NCBI GenBank assembly: GCA_965222605.1
Contig: OZ244960.1
Coordinates: 5,376,001-5,440,000 of the forward strand
Direction: 5' to 3'
Length of the DNA: 64,000 bases
From: Candidatus Latescibacterota bacterium
GTDB taxonomy: Bacteria > Latescibacterota > UBA2968
Shown: positions 57,863 to 64,000 of the stretch, piece after piece
Position numbering within the stretch: the first letter of the stretch is position 1
Layout: every line of letters starts with the position of its first letter
The notes under the pieces: generated by a model
Told to the model about the DNA's origin: nothing
Databases searched by the model: none
Seen by the model: the letters and a program-made list of their open reading frames with translations, nothing else
Position numbers and translations under genes: made by a program

Positions 57863-59842
57863 TTAACGCTGCTCCGACGATTTTATTCGCTTCACGACGG
57901 GAGCTCTATTCCTTGGAGGATAATCTGGGTGCAGCCCGGCCATTCGCGGCGTCTGGGGACGGATCGGTCCCCAGTTGATCGCATAGGGGTGATCCTTACA
58001 GAGTTGCTCGATCTTTTCCCAGGTGGCGAGTACGTTCGCCTGTTCGCTTTTGTCTCCGTTCCAATACCGGGTCATTCCAGCGCGAATGTCGATCATGTGG
58101 CGGGTGTGATCCAGGCCTATGCGGACGAAATCGATCCGCGCTCCGAACCGCTCCGGTTCGTCCGTGACCTTGCGTGACGCCTGTTCGAGTAGCGCGTAAG
58201 CGCGGTCGAAGAACGCCTTGTCATAGACATCTGGGTATGCTCGTTCACTTGCCCAAAAGATGCTGCGCGTCTCATCCATCAGATTCCAATAGGCCTCGAG
58301 TTCCGTGGCTGCTGGGCCGAATGCGCGTTGATAGTAATTCTGTAGAATCGCCTGCCCATCCTGCGACGGATCCCACAAGAGATGCGCCATGAGATAGTAT
58401 TGTGGCCCGTGCGTTGCCCAGTGTTCCCATACCATATCGACAAAGATGCCCATCGCTTTTTCGCCGATCAGTTTGAAGTCCTCGATTGCTTGTGTGAGAG
58501 CCACATCCGGCTGTCCCTGAGGCCAGCCCGCGGGGTCACCGACATTGGGTCGCCACATCATGTGCTTCGCGACCTTCGACCACGCGATATATTGCTCTTT
58601 GTGCGTGGAACTCCTGGTCGAACCACGGTCGATCAGGCCGTCCCGGTTGAGGAAATTTGCCACGCTTGCTACAATGACATTCTCCGCCGGAACTTCGCGA
58701 ATCGGAGCAGGCCGGGAATGCCCATAGGCTAGCATCATGACATAGTAGTCTCGATCCGGATAGCGCTGCTTGAGTAACCGCGCACATGTGTTAGCAAACC
58801 GGACGTGCCGATCGGAGAGCGCGGGCAGTTCCTGCGTGGTTCCTTTCCAGTGAAACGAACGGGGCTCGCCATCCGGATGGTCCCAGGCGCGACAGGGCTC
58901 ACAAACACAATGCCCGCTGGCCCAGCCGTCGTTAGGCGACGCATTGAAGACGCGTTGATTTGGATTTTGTTTTAGCGCTTCCTCGACATCCGCGAGCCAT
59001 TGCTGAGGCACCTCCGGATTCGATTGGCAGAGCTTGGCGTGTTTGGATCGTGGAAATCCGCTCCGCGTTCCGTCGGGCTGAAGTGCGAAGTATTCGGGGT
59101 GTGTTTCGTGAAATCGCTCCCACCAATCGCCGAATCCGTGCCCTCCTTCCATTTCGAGGGAACCCAACTGCAGCCGTTGACGGCGTGTCCACTTCTGGGA
59201 TCGACCGTATTTTCCCCTGGGCGCCAGCCTGGAGTAACTGAACAGCCCGGCCCGGTAACGAAGACTGGGATGGTAGCGATACCTGAAGGTCGCGAAGCGG
59301 ATGGATTCCTGCGGGACGATGTCCTCGCCGAGCTCGCCGGGCCAGAGCCAACGCACGCCGAGTCGATCGTGCAGAAACGTATAGATCGCATTTACAGTCC
59401 CATACTCTTGCTGGATTCCCTCGATCCGTTTCCCGTTGATCTGTGCAATCAGGTGGTTGGGATCCCAACGGTCTCGTCCCGCGATTACGAGGTGCTTTTC
59501 GCTCGCCGCGATGACGATTTTCTCGGGGTGTTGGAAGTCGAAGTCGATCTTTGGAAACAGCGAATCAAGCGCCGGTTGGTAACCCACCCAGATGGCCCGA
59601 TCCGGAAGTTGGCGGGGTGGACCATCGATCCATTCCGGCCGAGTCCCACAGGTTTTCTCGATGTAATCGGCAAGGTCAACCGCGGCTTTGCGCGTGAAAG
59701 GTGGTGCATCTGGAAAGAGGATCAGCGGCGCCGGTTTGATCCCGGCTTTTTTATCGACGAGGGTGAACTCGGCGGTATCGGCTGCTGAAATCGAGGTTAG
59801 CACGATGGAAACGGTGCGGAGCAGCTTGATTTTTTTTAACAT
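57863..59842 (-). CDS. DUF4838 domain protein
   Basis: LGVRWLWPG, HPEYFAL, LCQSNPEV, SPNDG...C.C..C, LLWDP, AFGPAA. Confidence 0.88.
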   Translation of the reverse strand: MLKKIKLLRTVSIVLTSISAADTAEFTLVDKKAGIKPAPLILFPDAPPFTRKAAVDLADYIEKTCGTRPEWIDGPPRQLPDRAIWVGYQPALDSLFPKIDFDFQHPEKIVIAASEKHLVIAGRDRWDPNHLIAQINGKRIEGIQQEYGTVNAIYTFLHDRLGVRWLWPGELGEDIVPQESIRFATFRYRYHPSLRYRAGLFSYSRLAPRGKYGRSQKWTRRQRLQLGSLEMEGGHGFGDWWERFHETHPEYFALQPDGTRSGFPRSKHAKLCQSNPEVPQQWLADVEEALKQNPNQRVFNASPNDGWASGHCVCEPCRAWDHPDGEPRSFHWKGTTQELPALSDRHVRFANTCARLLKQRYPDRDYYVMMLAYGHSRPAPIREVPAENVIVASVANFLNRDGLIDRGSTRSSTHKEQYIAWSKVAKHMMWRPNVGDPAGWPQGQPDVALTQAIEDFKLIGEKAMGIFVDMVWEHWATHGPQYYLMAHLLWDPSQDGQAILQNYYQRAFGPAATELEAYWNLMDETRSIFWASERAYPDVYDKAFFDRAYALLEQASRKVTDEPERFGARIDFVRIGLDHTRHMIDIRAGMTRYWNGDKSEQANVLATWEKIEQLCKDHPYAINWGPIRPQTPRMAGLHPDYPPRNRAPVVKRIKSSEQR

Positions 59843-59892
59843 GTTTCATTCCTTCCTTGGACAAGGTTAAGCATCAAGACCAGATAAGCTGT

Positions 59893-59985
59893 AGATCCAT
59901 TTGTCCCGACACAAGAGAAATACAGACCGCTCGGGCAATGTGCGGTCCTTAAATTCGCCTCTACCCGGTCCGGGCGGTACACGCT
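59893..59985 (-). pseudogene. 3' fragment (third copy) of the RimJ-type GNAT
   Basis: Encodes RVPPGPGRGEFKDRTLPERSVFLLCRDKWI, near-identical to the ends of both full copies. Confidence 0.9.
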
Positions 59986-59987
59986 TA

Positions 59988-60536
59988 TTAGACTGTATTA
60001 TGCCTGGACTCAAATTCTGCTCGCAAAATTCCGAATAAGAGCCTGTCCCAACGTCGATTGGACCAATATAGAGCCTCACGCTCGCACCCTTCCTGAGTAA
60101 ACCCGAGCTTCTCGAGAACTCGGATGGCACCCGTATTATTGGAGGTTGTCGCAGCCGAAATCCTGTACAAGTCCAAATGTTCAAACCCAAATCGTAGTAT
60201 TACCAGTACGGCATCTGTGCAGTACCCCTTACCTCTATCCTTCCTACGGGCAATGCCAGCACCGAGGCTGGCGGTACGATTTCTCAAGTCGATTTCCGAC
60301 AACTGAATATCGCCAAGAAGATTTCCATCTGGACTGAAGATGCCCAGGTAAACTTGAGTCTTTCCCTGCTGCTCCTGGATTTCCTCGAACCATTTTTCTG
60401 AGCCCTCGAGTGAATGACCAGGCCTGACTGGTTCAGTCGGGATTGGCTCTTCGAGCTCATAATGTTCCCAAAGGGTGCGGCAATGCTCGCGTTCCATTGT
60501 CCGCAATACCACTTTTTTACCACGCAACTCGATCAT
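59988..60536 (-). CDS. RimJ/RimL-type GNAT
   Basis: DRGKGY, N..AIRVLEKLGF..EG..RE. Confidence 0.92.
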   Translation of the reverse strand: MIELRGKKVVLRTMEREHCRTLWEHYELEEPIPTEPVRPGHSLEGSEKWFEEIQEQQGKTQVYLGIFSPDGNLLGDIQLSEIDLRNRTASLGAGIARRKDRGKGYCTDAVLVILRFGFEHLDLYRISAATTSNNTGAIRVLEKLGFTQEGCEREALYWSNRRWDRLLFGILRAEFESRHNTV

Positions 60537-60566
60537 GAGAGGTAACCTGTTGACAGATTTTCGATA

Positions 60567-60657
60567 TTGAAAACCATCTATATTCTTTTATATTCATTAG
60601 AGATGGATTGCTATCGTCTTGTTTCAAGATTGGCTTAAAAGTTCTCAACTATTTTAA
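60567..60657 (+). promoter_or_regulatory. Repeated promoter module P (copy b)
   Basis: Similar to 62324-62414 but placed in front of an unrelated gene. Confidence 0.6.
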
Positions 60658-60680
60658 ACCGCCTAAGACAAGGAGGAATC

Positions 60681-61154
60681 ATGCTACGAGTCAGCGACCC
60701 TATCGTTCAGAAGTACATCGATTCCGAGTTCGGGCAGCGATGTCTCTACGAGGGAACGCATTGCACGGAGTGTGTGAGGGAAGAAGACAAAGAGATATGG
60801 GGAGTCGGTGATGCACCTTCCTCCTCAGCTTATCCGGGCTTAGCGGCTCGAAAGTTCATTAAAGCTCACGAGATCCACGAAGAACTTGGCCTTGCAAGCC
60901 CGGCCGAGATTACCGGCGTAGGCATATTGAATGAGCTATCTGCTCACACAACAGCTAAGACTCGGGATTCCCTCTGGTACGAAGCTCACGGAAGCGAAGG
61001 TGGCATCCCCGTCTGCATCAGGCCGTGTATGTGGCAGGCTGGGCAAGATGTACTTGACATCGCGATCCTTGAATCCATGCTCCAACGGAAGGAATTGGGA
61101 ATCGCCACCGAAATGCTGTCTCGTTTCCTGGCCAGGATTGCGGAGCATAGGTAA
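60681..61154 (+). CDS. Hypothetical protein
   Basis: Strong AAGGAGG RBS, 157 aa. Confidence 0.7.
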   Translation: MLRVSDPIVQKYIDSEFGQRCLYEGTHCTECVREEDKEIWGVGDAPSSSAYPGLAARKFIKAHEIHEELGLASPAEITGVGILNELSAHTTAKTRDSLWYEAHGSEGGIPVCIRPCMWQAGQDVLDIAILESMLQRKELGIATEMLSRFLARIAEHR

Positions 61155-61314
61155 TCAGCGATTCCAGCCCGATTTTTGCCATAGTATAGAGAAGTAATCC
61201 AGGCTTCCTGAATCTGACTGTGCATTAAGGTCTAAGGGAAAGAATGCGGGAGAAGCCAGAAAGTAGTATCTGGCCCTCCCGTTTTTTCGTGCGTCAAACG
61301 AACTCACTGCTTGC

Positions 61315-61397
61315 GGCTAACGGTTCCCACATCCCCGAAGCCGGGAAGCGGTTTGAGTGGGGGAGGGGAGATGGTGTCCGGAGTTGTGGTGTTATAT
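61315..61397 (-). repeat. attC site (83 bp), best preserved in the window
   Basis: ATATAAC-A-CCACAACTCCGGA ... TTCGGGGATGTGG-GAACC-GTTAGCC; 12 of 13 positions pair (counting G-T). Confidence 0.75.
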
Positions 61398-61454
61398 GTT
61401 GTGACAGTTTTATGATCAGCAAAGAAGAAAGGGAACGTCATCACTTTTCTTTGT

Positions 61455-62240
61455 TCACTTCTTTCGAGCGAGCCAAATCTGTTCACCTCCATACAGATAA
61501 GGACCCCGATGAAAGTTTCCATACAACGCCAGAATCTGATATCCACACAATTCTAGTAGATACTGCATTTCGTTCTTATAGATATGTCGTGTCGTACCGA
61601 CGTTATGAATCCTTGAAATTGTCTCGCCAGATTTGCTAATTTCTTCATAAGTATAATGCCATTCTGAAATTTGGGTCTCAAGATCACATTTTCGACTTCC
61701 CCAAAGTATAACACGATTTCCCGTCTCCGGATGATTCAACTCTTGTAGCTTTTTCAATGCTGTACCTCCACCAGATGCGGAGACAAGCTCATCCAAACTG
61801 GGATCACCATTATGTATTATCAGAAGTCCATTATCTAAAAGATGCTCATTGATGCACAAAAGGGACTTTCTTTGGTCTTCTGGTGTTAAGATATGGTGGA
61901 AAGCTCTGTAGGGAATCAAGATGGTGTTGAATCGGTTTTTCAGCGAAAAATCACGCATGTCGCCTGCAACGAGGTTTATACGCTCCTGAACTTCATTACT
62001 GAGCTTCGAGACATTTTCGTTCGCTAATTCAAGCATCTCAGAAGATGGCTCAAGCCCAAAAACATCTAAACCGGATTCAGCCATTGGGATCAGCACTCGC
62101 CCTGTCCCACATCCGAGTTCCAAAACTGGGCTTCCCGCATTCTGGACTTCTTGAATATAAAATTCTATATCATCTTTTGTTTTCAGTGCGTCTTCTCGAG
62201 CATCATAGAGTTTAGCTCTGATACCTCGATAACCTTCCAT
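61455..62240 (-). CDS. Class I SAM-dependent methyltransferase
   Basis: VLELGCGTGR, GDMRDF. Confidence 0.93.
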   Translation of the reverse strand: MEGYRGIRAKLYDAREDALKTKDDIEFYIQEVQNAGSPVLELGCGTGRVLIPMAESGLDVFGLEPSSEMLELANENVSKLSNEVQERINLVAGDMRDFSLKNRFNTILIPYRAFHHILTPEDQRKSLLCINEHLLDNGLLIIHNGDPSLDELVSASGGGTALKKLQELNHPETGNRVILWGSRKCDLETQISEWHYTYEEISKSGETISRIHNVGTTRHIYKNEMQYLLELCGYQILALYGNFHRGPYLYGGEQIWLARKK

Positions 62241-62323
62241 AAAACCTCCACAAAATCACACATCAAGTGAGTTGTATATGGTTGAAAATAAATATCTTAC
62301 AAGAATATTGCTTGATGCTAAAT

Positions 62324-62434
62324 TGAAAACCAGCTATATTCTCTTACATCTCATTAGAGATGGACTGTTAGCGTTTTGTTTCATGATTGGCTTAAAAGTT
62401 CTCAACTATTTTAATGGGGGAGGTACGGGACACG
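62324..62434 (+). promoter_or_regulatory. Repeated promoter module P (copy c)
   Basis: TTGGCT(62387)-17nt-TTTAAT, GGAGG RBS. Confidence 0.6.
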
Positions 62435-62671
62435 ATGAAACAGACTATGGATGCCGTATATGAAAATGGAGTCTTCAAACCTTTGAAACCCCCTAAATTG
62501 TCTGAGGGTCAGCACGTTCGTATTGAAATAGAAACGCCTTTTGAAGAGAGTTTCGATGATCTTCTTGAACTGGCTGCAAAGGTCTATGAGGGACTCTCCG
62601 ATGACGACATCGACAGCATTGAGAAGATTGCACACGACCGTCGGGACTTTTTCGGAGATAGGACCCAATAA
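62435..62671 (+). CDS. DUF104/AF2212-like antitoxin
   Basis: AVYENGVFKPL..L.EGQ.VRI; followed only by TAATG MALPK*. Confidence 0.85.
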   Translation: MKQTMDAVYENGVFKPLKPPKLSEGQHVRIEIETPFEESFDDLLELAAKVYEGLSDDDIDSIEKIAHDRRDFFGDRTQ

Positions 62672-62751
62672 TGGCCTTACCCAAATAGGCCCGGGGTCGT
62701 CACCAACAATGAGAGACATTTTCAACGGATTCCCTTTTGGCCTTCCTCAAT

Positions 62752-63210
62752 TCATAGCCTCTTTTCAAAAAAAATCACATCGAACCCGGATATGTTCTGT
62801 CGTTCAATTTCACAATATCCGTTCTTTTCATATAGTTTGCGAGCCGCAATCTGCTGCACTGTTGTATCCAGGCAGAGTATTTTATACCCCAAATCATCTG
62901 CTCTCATCTCAAGTCTATTCAGAATCGTCTGACCAAATCCTCGTCTTTGAAAATCAGGATGAACGCGCATCCTTTTAATTTCTGCCTTGTCATCTAAAAT
63001 TCGTTGCAAGGCACCCATTGCAACCAATTTCTCTTCGCAGAATCCTGCTAAAAACTCGCCTTTGTCAGCTATATATGTCTCTTTAATAGCATGAAGGTCA
63101 TTGTCTTGAGTGCCGCTACCTGCATTCGCTCCAACCTGATCCAGTGCTAAGTTGTGTAGATTCCAGACTTCATTGTGGTCAGAAGCCTGATAACGACGAA
63201 TTTTCAACAT
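62752..63210 (-). CDS. GNAT family N-acetyltransferase
   Basis: AEIKRMRVHPDFQRRGFG, LYEKNGY; true start MLKIRR. Confidence 0.92.
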   Translation of the reverse strand: MLKIRRYQASDHNEVWNLHNLALDQVGANAGSGTQDNDLHAIKETYIADKGEFLAGFCEEKLVAMGALQRILDDKAEIKRMRVHPDFQRRGFGQTILNRLEMRADDLGYKILCLDTTVQQIAARKLYEKNGYCEIERQNISGFDVIFFEKRL

Positions 63211-63224
63211 GAATATTCCCTCTT

Positions 63225-63385
63225 TGTGACCTTTGTTGTCATCGGAGCAGTTGAGATAAAAGGCGAGGATCTTCCCGTCTTCATACTCGACGAGTGCGTG
63301 CCCGAGATTTCCGCTTCTTCCCGTCTGGGAGTGATCGACGAAGAGAATCCCATCGTTCGGCGGGTTTTTCGGGATGACATCAATC
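63225..63385 (-). pseudogene. Fragment of a sialidase-like (BNR) protein N-terminus
   Basis: GILFVDHS..GRSGNLGHALVEYEDGKILAFY.NCS with no start or remainder. Confidence 0.45.
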
Positions 63386-63946
63386 GGTAAGAAAGAACGT
63401 TCCCCTCTTTTTGAACCGAAAACTCTCATCGGGTACGACGAACGCCAGTTTATCACATAAAAAAGAGCCAGACGGAGCTGAATTTTGGAGCCTTGCACAA
63501 AGCTCAAGGCTCTCGTCTATGGATATGAACTCGGCGATGGTCATGTGCGGAGCTATGTTGCGCCTGTGATACGCTTCGCCGGAAAATGCCGATGTCCCGT
63601 GGAGGATCTGCTTTAAATTATCGATAGGCTCTTGTGGCCTTATAGGATACGAGACACCAGGGTGCCTGGTTGAGGCATGCGGCTTGTCGTAATAAAGAGT
63701 GAATGGCTGGACATCAGTAATGACGTTGTTGATTTCATTGATAAGATTAGGCGTCATTTCCCGGCTCAAGGGATCTGACAAAGATATGTGCGTCGGACAA
63801 GAGGCAGCTGAGCGGAGATCATACTTTGCTCGCAAGAGGTCGATCTCCTGCGATACCTCTGAAGGGGGCATGATAAGGATGAGGCCAAATCGGTAGTCGC
63901 GTTGCCAATCTTCCCACTTCGATGTGTCTTTTACGTATGGAATCAT
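63380..63946 (-). CDS. 2H phosphoesterase (2'-5' RNA ligase family)
   Basis: THISL and PHMTI motifs. Confidence 0.88.
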   Translation of the reverse strand: MIPYVKDTSKWEDWQRDYRFGLILIMPPSEVSQEIDLLRAKYDLRSAASCPTHISLSDPLSREMTPNLINEINNVITDVQPFTLYYDKPHASTRHPGVSYPIRPQEPIDNLKQILHGTSAFSGEAYHRRNIAPHMTIAEFISIDESLELCARLQNSAPSGSFLCDKLAFVVPDESFRFKKRGTFFLTD

Positions 63947-64000
63947 GATGAACTCTCACGAGGTGTCAGACAGGTTCTATTGAGGTTATGCGTCTCAGGC

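Noticed and set aside
62752-63507. Apparent 251-aa fusion protein
   Set aside because: A chance in-frame run through the ligase 3' end and a gene remnant. The GNAT has its own start at 63210.
1-64000. CRISPR array or one conserved junction motif shared by all genes
   Set aside because: I saw no regularly spaced repeats and no universal motif by eye. A motif search of the spacers (e.g. MEME) could still reveal a weak one.

Overview
A 64 kb accessory region with no housekeeping genes. It holds about 60 short, mutually unrelated genes packed head-to-tail on the minus strand and about 8 on the plus strand, most of the latter behind their own sigma70-like promoter. Cargo includes GNATs, SAM methyltransferases, sulfatases, PhyH dioxygenases, HAD/NUDIX/HIT/S66 hydrolases, MFS/EamA transporters and toxin-antitoxin parts. 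It looks like an integron cassette array, but no integrase is in the window and most attC sites survive only as halves or degenerate remnants. Many junctions instead carry fragments of other genes. Between about 46 and 63 kb, five short sequence modules recur in a consistent order with different genes between them. The most striking single element is a 105-nt non-canonical tRNA gene (46373-46477, minus). It has an 8/4 acceptor/T-stem fold, a very long variable arm, G73 and an 8-nt anticodon loop (allo-tRNA-like). A second, 3'-truncated copy shows pairing-preserving stem changes. An IS982-family element runs off the left end. The gene mix resembles marine or sponge-associated Latescibacterota/Poribacteria-like organisms, but this is inference only. 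Product calls come from motif recognition by eye, not database searches.
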